This document shows, in pieces, positions 9,580-19,234 of a stretch of DNA of 64,000 bases. The DNA is from Promethearchaeia archaeon. Lineage in GTDB: Archaea > Asgardarchaeota > Lokiarchaeia > Sigyniarchaeales > SOKP01. Position 1 is the stretch's first letter, and each line of letters starts with the position of its first letter. The position numbers and the translations under genes were made by a program. The notes beneath the pieces were generated by a model. It was given only the letters and a program-made list of their open reading frames with translations, made no database searches and was not told where the DNA came from. Where the stretch lies: positions 1-64,000 of the forward strand of contig JAHQWG010000033.1 of the NCBI GenBank assembly GCA_029856045.1, written 5' to 3'.

Positions 9580-11256
9580 ATGAAAATGACTGAAAAAGAA
9601 ATAAATATTAAAAAAAGAAGCAACAGTATTTTTGAAGGTATAAAAGAAACTCCTTTTAAATATGTGCCATTGGGGATAATTAAAGGTTTGGGGTTCGAGG
9701 AAAAAGAGATAAATGAAAAACCTTTTATTGGTGTTGTTAATACGTGGAATGAATTAAATCCCGGACATAAACATTTAGGAAATCTAGCAGAAGCCGTGAA
9801 ATATGGTATTATTGAAGCAGGAGGAATCCCCTTCGAATTTTGCACAGTTGGACCTTGTGATGGATGGGCTAATGGTAATGAAGGAATGCGGTACATATTA
9901 CCACAAAGAGAAGTTATTGCAGATTCAATAGAATTGATGATTCAAGCACATAGATTGGATGCAATGGTAACGTTATCTAGTTGCGATAAGATAAATCCAG
10001 CCGTTTTAATGGCTGCAATCAGATTAGATATCCCAACGATTTGCGTTCCTGGAGGACCAAACATGTATGAAATAAGGTTTATGCCGGATTATAAGGGAAT
10101 TGAACAAAGTAATTATGGGGATTTTATTCACAAATTAGGTTGTATATCATGTGCCACATACGGAGCTTGTGAATTAATGGGTACGGCTAATACAATTCAA
10201 TGTTTAATGGAAGCATTTGGAATGACTTTACCAAATGCTGCTACAACCCCAGCAATGACTAGAATGAAATATATAATTGCAAAAAACTCTGGAAAAAAAA
10301 TAATTGATTTATTAAAAAAAGGAATAACTCCTTCCCAAATTATGACAAAAAAATCATTAGAGAATGCTCTAATGGTTGATCTAGCAATAGGAGGTTCAAC
10401 AAATTCAGCTTTACATCTTCCAGCAATAGCAAATGAAATGGATATTGAATTTGACTTAGAAATTTTTAATGAATATAGTAAAAAAATTCCAACTATAGTG
10501 AATGTATCTCCATCAGGGGATTATGGGATTATAGATTTATATAAAGCAGGAGGTATCCCAGCAGTTTTAAGGAGATTAAAGGATTTTATTCATTTAGATT
10601 GCTTAACAGTTTCGGGAACTACTATTGGAAAAACAATTGGGAGAGTAAAAATATTAGATGAAAATGTAATCAGACCATTAAACAATCCCGTTTATCCAGA
10701 GGGGGGAACTGTAATCTTAAAAGGAAATTTAGCACCAGAAGGAGCTGTTGTAAAACAATCTGCAGTCAAGAATCAAACTATGTTGAAATTTGAGAGCCCT
10801 GCTGTATGTTTCAATTCAGAACAGGAAGTTATCGATGCATTAATTTCAAATAAAATATCAAATAACTCCATTTTAATAATTAGATATGAGGGTCCAAAAG
10901 GAGGGCCTGGTATGCCAGAACTATTAGCTGTGACAGCAACTCTAATGTTAAGGCGTAATTTAGATAGAGTTGCTTTAATTACTGATGGACGCTTTTCAGG
11001 TGCTACTTCTGGACCTTGCATTGGTCATGTGAGCCCTGAAGCTTATTTAGGGGGGCCAATCGCAATTATAAAAGATGGAGATACCATCAATATTGATATC
11101 CCAAATAAAAAACTTGAAGTCAATCTTTCTGATGAGGAAATTCAGGGACGCTTAAGCAATTGGAAACCAATTGAAAGAGTGATTAAAAGTAAAGCTTTAC
11201 AAAAATATAAAAGCCTTGTATCTTCTGCTACTAAAGGAGCAATTTTAAATTTTTAA
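9580..11256 (+). CDS. ilvD: IlvD/Edd family dehydratase (dihydroxy-acid or sugar-acid dehydratase)
   Basis: PCDG, CDKINP, GAC..MGTANT, GGSTN, RYEGPKGGPGMPE, TDGRFSG, GHVSPEA. Confidence 0.88.
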   Translation: MKMTEKEINIKKRSNSIFEGIKETPFKYVPLGIIKGLGFEEKEINEKPFIGVVNTWNELNPGHKHLGNLAEAVKYGIIEAGGIPFEFCTVGPCDGWANGNEGMRYILPQREVIADSIELMIQAHRLDAMVTLSSCDKINPAVLMAAIRLDIPTICVPGGPNMYEIRFMPDYKGIEQSNYGDFIHKLGCISCATYGACELMGTANTIQCLMEAFGMTLPNAATTPAMTRMKYIIAKNSGKKIIDLLKKGITPSQIMTKKSLENALMVDLAIGGSTNSALHLPAIANEMDIEFDLEIFNEYSKKIPTIVNVSPSGDYGIIDLYKAGGIPAVLRRLKDFIHLDCLTVSGTTIGKTIGRVKILDENVIRPLNNPVYPEGGTVILKGNLAPEGAVVKQSAVKNQTMLKFESPAVCFNSEQEVIDALISNKISNNSILIIRYEGPKGGPGMPELLAVTATLMLRRNLDRVALITDGRFSGATSGPCIGHVSPEAYLGGPIAIIKDGDTINIDIPNKKLEVNLSDEEIQGRLSNWKPIERVIKSKALQKYKSLVSSATKGAILNF

Positions 11257-11326
11257 ATTATTTTTTTTCTAAAACCTTTTGTTGGTTGAAACAAGTCAAA
11301 TTAATAAGGAAAATAAGAAATTTATT

Positions 11327-11449
11327 TTATTTTTCAATTATTGACTTCTTTTGTTCGTGGATTTCTTTCAAATTTTCCTGAATTTCTGCTAAATATAGAC
11401 CATGTAAAGGGTACTTATCTCTTATTCTAATTTTGTTTGATTTTGGCAT
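11327..11449 (-). CDS. Possible 40-aa small protein (MPKSNKIRIRDKYPLHGLYLAEIQENLKEIHEQKKSIIEK)
   Basis: ATG-to-TAA ORF below the track threshold, co-oriented about 50 nt downstream of the larA-like gene. Confidence 0.35.
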   Translation of the reverse strand: MPKSNKIRIRDKYPLHGLYLAEIQENLKEIHEQKKSIIEK

Positions 11450-11500
11450 AATATCTAATATATATTTTAATTTTTTTAAAAATATCATTTACCATTTTTT

Positions 11501-12730
11501 TTAAGGTAATTGAATGCTACAAGGAAAAATTCCTGCCTTAAGAGATTTTCCATAGATATTTTCGAGTTTCTTTATCATACCATTAAAATCTTTTCGAAAA
11601 ATGGTTTTCTCAGGATAATAATGAAAAACATCTGCTTTATTTATATTTGGCGAAAAGATTCCAAATTTCATGTTCTTTAAAACTCCTTTGAATATTATTG
11701 TTTCTCCCCAATTTTGATAAAGTTTTCCACCTGTTTCTCCTTGCAATGAATGAAAACCTCTTCCTTCACTAGCTGCTGTTAATAGAATAATTGCTCCCCC
11801 CCGCTTAATAAATCTTTTAGAACTTAGAAAAAAGTTAAGTCCTTTAAAAGCTTGGGAAAACTCAGTATCTTCTGGATAAAGATTGAAAAACCCAATATCC
11901 AAATTCAAATTGGGAGGTAATTCAGCATCATATATTATTTTTGCCAATTCCATTGCTTTTCTGTGAGCTTTAATGTAATGACCTGCAAAGACTCCCGCGA
12001 AACCTCTTTTAATTGTAGATACAATATTGACAGTAAAATCTAACCCTGCCTTTTCGCATACATCTTCGATGTCTTTTCTTAAATCCGTTACAAATCCTAA
12101 ACCGATACCTATACCTCTAACTCCTGCTTTATGATTTGCCTCAAGAGTTTGAATCCCACATATTCCAGGTAATATAATTTTAGCTCCTCCTCCAAACCCA
12201 GCCAATGGATGTGGTAATACGGATCCAATTGCAATCTTTACTTCCGCATCATGATATGTTTTATTTAAATAAATTGGTGTTCGCTTGTTAGAATCTCCAA
12301 TATAAACCAAGTTTTCGTAAGGATGATGATTTTCAATTTTAACTCTATCCACAATGCTAAGCCCTACTTTTTTAATAGAGTCTTGTCTATTCATTGGACG
12401 GTGAGCACCAAGAGCATATATTAAAACAATTTTTTCATCTTTTATACCTGCTGCATTTAACTGATTTATTATAATATTTAAAATAGATTCTAATCGAGAG
12501 GGTCGAGAAATATCTTCGACAACAATAACAGCATTGCGTTTTCCACCAGCAATTTTTTTAAGAGGTGGTGTTCCTATAGGTTTATCAATAGCATTCTCAA
12601 TTTCTTTCTGTGAGAGTTCTTTTGCATCTTTCATACTAAAAGATTTAATATCCCATGAATCTGGAAATTCAAGGTTAAAATCTCCATCTCCATACCAAGC
12701 AGCCCAAGGAATCTTGAATATCTGTACCAT
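11501..12730 (-). CDS. LarA superfamily nickel-pincer racemase/epimerase
   Basis: DISRP, GAHR, PHPLAGFGGGAKIILPG, NH and QAFKG motifs. Confidence 0.88.
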   Translation of the reverse strand: MVQIFKIPWAAWYGDGDFNLEFPDSWDIKSFSMKDAKELSQKEIENAIDKPIGTPPLKKIAGGKRNAVIVVEDISRPSRLESILNIIINQLNAAGIKDEKIVLIYALGAHRPMNRQDSIKKVGLSIVDRVKIENHHPYENLVYIGDSNKRTPIYLNKTYHDAEVKIAIGSVLPHPLAGFGGGAKIILPGICGIQTLEANHKAGVRGIGIGLGFVTDLRKDIEDVCEKAGLDFTVNIVSTIKRGFAGVFAGHYIKAHRKAMELAKIIYDAELPPNLNLDIGFFNLYPEDTEFSQAFKGLNFFLSSKRFIKRGGAIILLTAASEGRGFHSLQGETGGKLYQNWGETIIFKGVLKNMKFGIFSPNINKADVFHYYPEKTIFRKDFNGMIKKLENIYGKSLKAGIFPCSIQLP

Positions 12731-12783
12731 ATAAAATTCTCGCGTGAAAGCTCTTTAATTAAAAAATGAAATTCACAAAAAGC

Positions 12784-14652
12784 TTATATATATTCTTCTA
12801 ATTTTAAAGATTTTAACTTTTCCTTCGTAGGTATACCCATTTCATCCCATCCTCTGAACTTATAATATTCTTTTAACATTAAATCAATGTTTAAAACTTT
12901 ATTTCGTGCTCTTCCATTCGATAAAGGTGTCCTTAACTTTATTGGGATTCTATCATCTTTTTTTGTAATTCCACACTGAACATTAAATAATCTCTTCAAA
13001 TTGAAAATTCTTTCTCCTATTTCTATTAATTCTGATAAGGTTATTGATATACCTGTTAAATTATAAATTGCTTTAATTAACAAATCAAAAAGATTTTCAA
13101 CTATTTGGGTACCTGAAGAAATAGTTTGACGGCAAATCCCTAATGAATTATTTATTTCTGAAAGATTTTGACTAATCGCAATATCATGGGCAAATTTTGG
13201 ATCGTCAATAGTTCTTAATTTAATTGGGACCCCTTCGTTCATATTTAATAATTTATTAAAACCAGTAAATCCAGAATAAATATCATTACCGAATCCTCTT
13301 AAATGACACGCACCTCTATTAGAAGTAGCATATTGTAGACCAAGGGGAAAATTAGCTCTAGGTTCATGCATAGGAAGATCCAATCCTTTAATCTCTGCTG
13401 TTAATTGGTCAGAACCTTTTCCAATTATTTCAGAAGCTTTTCTAGTTCCACGACTTAAAATTTTACCTATTCCTTCATTATTGCAAATTAATTTAGTTAA
13501 TTTTACAATTGCGTCTGAATTACCCCATTCTAAGGAAAATCCAATATCATCTCTTGTCAATATTCCATTTTCATAACAATTCAATGCAAAAGCAACAGTG
13601 CAACCAGTAGAAATTGTATCAACTCCCATATTATTACAATAATCATTAATAAATGCTATAGATTCTATATTTGAATTCAAACACATTGATCCAAATGCTG
13701 CAGTAGTTTCATACTCTGGTCCTGCAGCATTTTCAATTTTATAGGGACCTTCTTTTATCTCAACTTCCCGACCACAACTAAATGGACATAAATAACAAGG
13801 TTTTAATTTTACAAGCATTTTTTCAGCTACGACTGCTCCAGATATTTCATTAACACCTTTCCATTTTCCTAAGGCTCCCCAATTTTGGTGTGGGACATCT
13901 GCAAAAATTTCGAAATATTCAATAGCATTTGTTCCAATTAATCTCAAAGTTTTTGCCATAGCTGAATTATTAAATTCTTTCATCAGCTTTCGAGTTATTT
14001 CTTTGAATTTACTCTCATTATAGTATTCTATTTTTTTAGTACTTCTTACTGCTATAGCTTTTAATTTCTTTGATCCCATAATCGCACCCATACCCCCTCT
14101 TCCCACCGCTCTGCCATGATCATTTATTATTGATGCCATTGGTATCTCTTTCTCTCCAGAGGGACCAATACAAGCAACTTTAAATTGTTTACCTAATTTA
14201 GATTGAAGTTCTCGGATTGTAGTTTTAGTATCTAAACCCCATAGTTCAGAAGCATCTTTTAATTCGAAGCTATTATCATCAATTATTAAATAAACGGGTA
14301 GTTCAGCTTTATTCCTAAAAATTATCCCATTGAATAATGGTCTTAATTCAGCTCCAAAAAATCCACCAGAAACGCCTTCTCCATGAATATTAGTCAAAGG
14401 TGATCTAGCAGATACAGAGAAAAACCCAGAACAAGGATAAGAAGTTCCTGTTAATAAACCAGTCATAAGAATTAATGGGTTTTTTTCACTATAAGGATCA
14501 TTTTTATAGACTTTTTCTTTCATTAGATAGTCAATGGCAAACCCTGGTCCACCCAAAAATGTTTTAACTAAATTCTCTTCATAAAAAATTTCTTTAAACG
14601 TATTATTCTTTAAATCTACTTCCAAAATCTTGCCATCTTTTTCTTTTTCCAT
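12784..14652 (-). CDS. aor: Tungsten aldehyde:ferredoxin oxidoreductase family protein
   Basis: SPLT, GRGGMGAIMGSKKLKAI, CxxCxxxC, PEYET, DTIS, NRGACH motifs. Confidence 0.92.
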   Translation of the reverse strand: MEKEKDGKILEVDLKNNTFKEIFYEENLVKTFLGGPGFAIDYLMKEKVYKNDPYSEKNPLILMTGLLTGTSYPCSGFFSVSARSPLTNIHGEGVSGGFFGAELRPLFNGIIFRNKAELPVYLIIDDNSFELKDASELWGLDTKTTIRELQSKLGKQFKVACIGPSGEKEIPMASIINDHGRAVGRGGMGAIMGSKKLKAIAVRSTKKIEYYNESKFKEITRKLMKEFNNSAMAKTLRLIGTNAIEYFEIFADVPHQNWGALGKWKGVNEISGAVVAEKMLVKLKPCYLCPFSCGREVEIKEGPYKIENAAGPEYETTAAFGSMCLNSNIESIAFINDYCNNMGVDTISTGCTVAFALNCYENGILTRDDIGFSLEWGNSDAIVKLTKLICNNEGIGKILSRGTRKASEIIGKGSDQLTAEIKGLDLPMHEPRANFPLGLQYATSNRGACHLRGFGNDIYSGFTGFNKLLNMNEGVPIKLRTIDDPKFAHDIAISQNLSEINNSLGICRQTISSGTQIVENLFDLLIKAIYNLTGISITLSELIEIGERIFNLKRLFNVQCGITKKDDRIPIKLRTPLSNGRARNKVLNIDLMLKEYYKFRGWDEMGIPTKEKLKSLKLEEYI

Positions 14653-14771
14653 GAATAATTAACCTTTTAAGACTTCTAATAACCTTTATTCATATTTGTT
14701 TTAAGACTTATTAAAATCTAATAAGTAAGATATAAGGAATGAATAAATTTTATTTCTTTATTTTTATATAT

Positions 14772-15656
14772 TTAATTATAATGTAAAAGTTTTGGAAATC
14801 TGTTTTCCATTTCTAATTCCTTTTCAATTATTTCATCCAATAATTCTTCTCGTTCCTTACCTGAGAGGATTTCTAACTTCCTTATGCCTAATGGATCTAC
14901 TTTTTCTCTTAAAAGTTTTATTTCTTTTGCAGTAGGCGGTTTTGTTTCTTTTATATTATCAGGGATAATTAAATCAAAACCAGTGGAATTTTTAACAGTT
15001 TCAATGTTTATACCAGGATGAATAGATGCAACCTTCATCCGTTTACTTTTCTCATCAAAATCTAAATATGCTAAATTAGTTATTATGCATTGTGGGCCAA
15101 CACCACCACAAATACTCGGCTTTCCATTAGGAAAACCTACTCCTGAGATAAAGTAAAGTTTCTCTATTGGAACGAAAGTTCGTGTATCATGTCTTGGTGT
15201 ATAAAGGAAAGAACCACGGGAATAAAACATGCTAAAATCTGCTATACCTGCGCAGCCTGGAAGTCTAATCTTTGGTTTATTCCAATCACCAATGCAAATG
15301 TTGTTTGTATTTCCATATTGGTCAATTTGAGCAGGTCTAAAGAACTCTATTGTAGTTAGTTTATCAGAAGGTAAGCTTTCCAGAGTACATTCACCTGTAT
15401 TTTGAAATCTATATGCTCTTGCTGTATTCATCTCCAAATAAAGCAATGAAACCTGACGAGGTTCAAAAACAAAAGTATTTCCCATGATATAATGATAAAT
15501 CGCATTTGGTGCATGAGTTAATTTTGCTAATGTGAACGCAGCCCAGACACAAGGAGTTGCGACCCCCACAATCATTATGTCTGTATCTTTTACCTCTCTA
15601 GCCATTAAAACAGTCATCATCTCACCAATCGTATAATCTTTTGAATATTCACTCAT
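14772..15656 (-). CDS. Family I CoA-transferase beta-like subunit (GctB/IpdB-like)
   Basis: AQIDQYGNTN, RLPGCAG, SIHPG...TGF, PPT..EI..LR..VDP. Confidence 0.85.
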   Translation of the reverse strand: MSEYSKDYTIGEMMTVLMAREVKDTDIMIVGVATPCVWAAFTLAKLTHAPNAIYHYIMGNTFVFEPRQVSLLYLEMNTARAYRFQNTGECTLESLPSDKLTTIEFFRPAQIDQYGNTNNICIGDWNKPKIRLPGCAGIADFSMFYSRGSFLYTPRHDTRTFVPIEKLYFISGVGFPNGKPSICGGVGPQCIITNLAYLDFDEKSKRMKVASIHPGINIETVKNSTGFDLIIPDNIKETKPPTAKEIKLLREKVDPLGIRKLEILSGKEREELLDEIIEKELEMENRFPKLLHYN

Positions 15657-15697
15657 TCTTTTATCCCACTTTTATTAAATATTTTCAGTAATTTAAT

Positions 15698-16495
15698 TTA
15701 TAAATTATTATTTTTCATACTCCAATCGTTAATAGCTACTTTAACTGATCGTCGCATTTCCATAGAATAATCCGCAGCTAATTTTGCAAAATAAAATTTT
15801 TGTCCTAAATTCTTAGCTTGTTTTACATCGTAACTTCTCTTCACATTTTGAAACATTTCAGTAAAATCTTGCTCATTTAATCTATTGTATTTGTTGGTAA
15901 AATGGATAAATTTTTGAGAAAATCTGGGCGATAAAGGAATCTTTTCCTTATTGCTTTTTGGGTACCCAAAACAAACCATTATTATAGGAAATACCCATCG
16001 AGTAAGATTAAACATTTTACGATGAATTTCAATATTTTCAACAATATCACCAATATAACATGAACCGATTCCTAAAGCCTCCGCCGTTATAACAGCATTT
16101 TGAGCTGCTATTAGTGCATCACAACAGGCAAGTAGTAAATCAGATTCCTGTGGAGTTTGAAAATCTATACCAATTTCATCGCATAATTCTCTTGTTTTAC
16201 AGATTTTGAAATAATCCCACCATCTTTGCATATCTGCTAGAAAAATCAAAACCAAGGGAGCTTTTGCGATATGGGGCTGATTATCACATGTTATTGCCAG
16301 CTTATCTTTCAATTTTTGATCAGTTACTTGAATAATGGAATAGAACATCATATTACCTGCTGTGGGAGCTCTCATTGCTCCATATAAAACCATATTAATT
16401 TCTTCTTTAGTAAGTGGTTTAGGATCATATGTTCGAATAGTCCTTCTGTTCTTAATCAATTCTAAAGTTTTATTATTTTTACCAGTTTTACTCAA
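15698..16495 (-). CDS. Nitroreductase family flavoprotein (NfsA/Frp-like)
   Basis: RRTIR, APTAGN, DALIAAQN..AEALGIGSCYIG, GYP. Confidence 0.9.
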   Translation of the reverse strand: MSKTGKNNKTLELIKNRRTIRTYDPKPLTKEEINMVLYGAMRAPTAGNMMFYSIIQVTDQKLKDKLAITCDNQPHIAKAPLVLIFLADMQRWWDYFKICKTRELCDEIGIDFQTPQESDLLLACCDALIAAQNAVITAEALGIGSCYIGDIVENIEIHRKMFNLTRWVFPIIMVCFGYPKSNKEKIPLSPRFSQKFIHFTNKYNRLNEQDFTEMFQNVKRSYDVKQAKNLGQKFYFAKLAADYSMEMRRSVKVAINDWSMKNNNL

Positions 16496-16527
16496 TCATA
16501 TACACCCTTTATTTTATTTTTATTTTA

Positions 16528-17388
16528 TTATAATAATATATTTAAAATCATTTGAGCTCCACCTGCCTCTTCTAAATATTGAGCATTAGTCTTATTTAAA
16601 ATGTAATTTTTTCGATATTCTTCAAAATCTGTTTTCAAATACTCTTTTATGTGAAGTGGATCAAACGTGTAAATTGGATAACAACTTGTTGGATGAGCGC
16701 CAAATGGAATCTTCACTACAGCATCTGTTGTTTGCATGGGTAATTGGGCTTTTCCGGGGAGATATCGAATATCCTCGGTTTCGACCATTTTCTCACATAT
16801 TATGATTGTTTTTTTAGCTGTTTTTGCCATATCATCATCAAGCCAAACAGCCCCAGCAATATTTCCATTTCCAAATTCATCAGCATATGGCACATGTAAA
16901 ATAGCAACGTCTAGATCGATTTTAGGTAATGCCATTAATTGGGTGCCTGAACCTAATGGGTCTTCGAATTGTTTTATGTCTTTTCTTACTTTAGGAAAAT
17001 CCGTTCCAATTATCCCTTTTAAGGGCATAAAGGGTACCTTTAAATAAGAGCATTTAAGCCCTAGGGCGAGTGAGGCTTCACTTTCTTCGGAAATATTAAC
17101 TTTTCCCGTCTCAACAGCCTTTCTATAATGAGGAGCCATTCCAAAAACTTCCATTCCTACAAATGAGGCTCTAACCTCAGAAATGCATCCGGCACCAATA
17201 AGCATATCAACTTCAATCCCTCCAACAAAAGTGCAAATTGAAAGATCTTTTTTCTCTTGTCTAATTATTTCTCTACAAGCACTTGCTGGTTTCCTCCAAA
17301 AAGAAAGTCCTCCAATACCTATAAGGTCACCATTTTGAACATAGGTTGAAATAGCTTCTTCTAAAGACATTAGTTTACTTGATCTGAT
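16528..17388 (-). CDS. Family I CoA-transferase alpha-like subunit (GctA/IpdA-like)
   Basis: GIGG..RKP, DMLIGAG, PFMP, DVAILH..ADEFGN, GAHPTSC; probable ATC start at 17388 (ATG at 17370 is the alternative). Confidence 0.87.
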   Translation of the reverse strand: MRSSKLMSLEEAISTYVQNGDLIGIGGLSFWRKPASACREIIRQEKKDLSICTFVGGIEVDMLIGAGCISEVRASFVGMEVFGMAPHYRKAVETGKVNISEESEASLALGLKCSYLKVPFMPLKGIIGTDFPKVRKDIKQFEDPLGSGTQLMALPKIDLDVAILHVPYADEFGNGNIAGAVWLDDDMAKTAKKTIIICEKMVETEDIRYLPGKAQLPMQTTDAVVKIPFGAHPTSCYPIYTFDPLHIKEYLKTDFEEYRKNYILNKTNAQYLEEAGGAQMILNILL

Positions 17389-17522
17389 TTAAAATCCCCT
17401 TATTATATCTATTAGTACTATTATTTCTCAAATATTATTTAGAAATTATATTTGATTAATTAAAAATATACTACTATTTGCAGATTAGAGAAAATCAAAG
17501 TTAAAAAATTTTTTTTAAGAAC

Positions 17523-17921
17523 TTATTTTTGTGCTCTTAATTCTATCACAACATTTTTTGACCAAATCGAAATTCGCTCAAATATATCTTCAAGCGATCT
17601 TCCATGCTTAGTTAAAGAATATTCAACCCTAATTGGTATTTCATTAAATACTTTTCTATCAATTAAACCATATTTTTTTAGTTCCTTTAGACGTTCAGTA
17701 ATAGTTTTAGGACTTGCAGATAATTTTTTCAATATCTCATTAAATCGCAATTTCTCATGAATTAATAACAATCGAATAACGCTTAATGTATGCTTTTTTC
17801 CAAATAAAGTTAATGCAGTTTGAAAATAACACTCATCTTGACAATTATGTGTATCTTTATGCTGAAGACAATGCCAACGGAGTGGCTCTTCCTGTGTTTC
17901 ATCATTAATATCTTGTTCCAT
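17523..17921 (-). CDS. HxlR-family winged-HTH regulator
   Basis: LRFNEI, SPKTITERLKEL, RKVFNEIPIRVEYSLT; N-terminal Cys residues. Confidence 0.9.
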   Translation of the reverse strand: MEQDINDETQEEPLRWHCLQHKDTHNCQDECYFQTALTLFGKKHTLSVIRLLLIHEKLRFNEILKKLSASPKTITERLKELKKYGLIDRKVFNEIPIRVEYSLTKHGRSLEDIFERISIWSKNVVIELRAQK

Positions 17922-17962
17922 TATAATATAACTCTTTTCTTTCTAACACTTTATTTTTAGAT

Positions 17963-18023
17963 AGTTACTTCCGTAATTAACATTTACTTCAATACTTCAC
18001 TCTTTGAAGTTTAAATACTTCAA
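17963..18023. promoter_or_regulatory. Operator array (TACTTC repeats plus inverted repeats) between hxlR and the divergent operon
   Basis: Four TACTTC copies; TTGAAGT-N6-ACTTCAA (18004-18023) flanks the TTTAAATA TATA-like box; ACTTCA-N5-TGAAGT (17994-18010). Confidence 0.5.
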
Positions 18024-18070
18024 TTAATATAGCATAGATAATCTTAAAAAATTTTTGGAGAAAATAAAAA

Positions 18071-18229
18071 ATGGTTGATAAATTAGAAAAATTACATGCT
18101 GAAGATTGTGAATGTGATAAACCTGAAATTCGGGATGGCTTCGAAGACGGACTATGCTCAAAAGATCAAATAATAAAGTGTCATGGAGAAGAATTCTTTG
18201 AGAAATTGAAGAAAGAAGGGAAGATATAG
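18071..18229 (+). CDS. 52-aa Cys/His-rich small protein (MVDKLEKLHAEDCECDKPEIRDGFEDGLCSKDQIIKCHGEEFFEKLKKEGKI)
   Basis: GGAG upstream, ATG 18071 to TAG 18229; CxC...C-x7-CH pattern; first gene ahead of the ABC transporter. Confidence 0.7.
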   Translation: MVDKLEKLHAEDCECDKPEIRDGFEDGLCSKDQIIKCHGEEFFEKLKKEGKI

Positions 18230-18309
18230 ATTCTTTTTATAATTTTTAGAAAAATTTAAAGCATAAATTATATAAAAAATTATAAGAATTTAAGAGGAGA
18301 ACCTATAGA

Positions 18310-19233
18310 ATGAATGTTATTGAAATTGAAAATCTTTCGAAATATTTTGATCAAGTCCATGCTGTAGATCAAGTAAATTTTCACGTAAATGAAGGTGAAA
18401 TTTTTGGTTTTTTAGGTCCAAATGGAGCAGGCAAAACAACTACAATTAGAATGATGACTGGAGTATTAAAACCAACAAATGGGCAAATTCAAATATTTAA
18501 AAAAAATATATGGAAAAATCCTATTCCTATTAAGCAAATTATTGGAAATGTTCCTGAAATGGCAAATGTTTATCCAGATCTTACAGGTATGCAAAATTTA
18601 ACGTTAATAGGTGAATTGTATGGTGTACCTAAAAAAATCAATAAAGAACGCGCTGAGAAATTGTTAAAACAATTTGAACTATTTGAAAATCGAAATTTCA
18701 AAACGAGAAAATATTCAAAAGGCATGAAACAACGATTGTTATTATGTATGGCGCTAATGAATGACCCTATAATATTATTTCTTGATGAACCCACTTCTGG
18801 ATTAGATGTTCAAAGTGCTAAAATAATAAAGCAATTAATAAAAGAATATAACCGAAATGGCACAACGATTTTTTTAACAACTCATGATATGGAAGTTGCC
18901 AATGAATTATGTGATCGAATCGCTATAATAAATAAAGGAAAAATTGTAAGTTTAGATACACCAGAGAATCTCAAGAAATTATTTCAAGAATTTCAAGAAA
19001 TTGATATCTCTTTCAATCAAGATGTTAATAGTGAAGAATTGGAAAAATTAAGTTCTATAAAAAAAGTACAGAAAGTTAAGGATGGTTTTTCCGTTATTGT
19101 TCATGAAGTGAATCAAGCTATTACACAAATTGCAGATTTTGCAAAAACAAATAAATTGGAAATAAAAAGATTAATTACTCATCAACCTCGTTTAGAAGAA
19201 GTATTTTTAAAGATAATTGAAAGAGGTGTTTAA
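18310..19233 (+). CDS. ABC-2 type exporter ATP-binding protein
   Basis: GPNGAGKT, YSKGMKQR, LDEPT, TTH. Confidence 0.93.
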   Translation: MNVIEIENLSKYFDQVHAVDQVNFHVNEGEIFGFLGPNGAGKTTTIRMMTGVLKPTNGQIQIFKKNIWKNPIPIKQIIGNVPEMANVYPDLTGMQNLTLIGELYGVPKKINKERAEKLLKQFELFENRNFKTRKYSKGMKQRLLLCMALMNDPIILFLDEPTSGLDVQSAKIIKQLIKEYNRNGTTIFLTTHDMEVANELCDRIAIINKGKIVSLDTPENLKKLFQEFQEIDISFNQDVNSEELEKLSSIKKVQKVKDGFSVIVHEVNQAITQIADFAKTNKLEIKRLITHQPRLEEVFLKIIERGV

Positions 19234-19234
19234 A

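Noticed and set aside
14665-14709. Direct repeat TTTTAAGACTT x2 upstream of aor
   Set aside because: Only two AT-rich copies; could be an operator but cannot be distinguished from chance.
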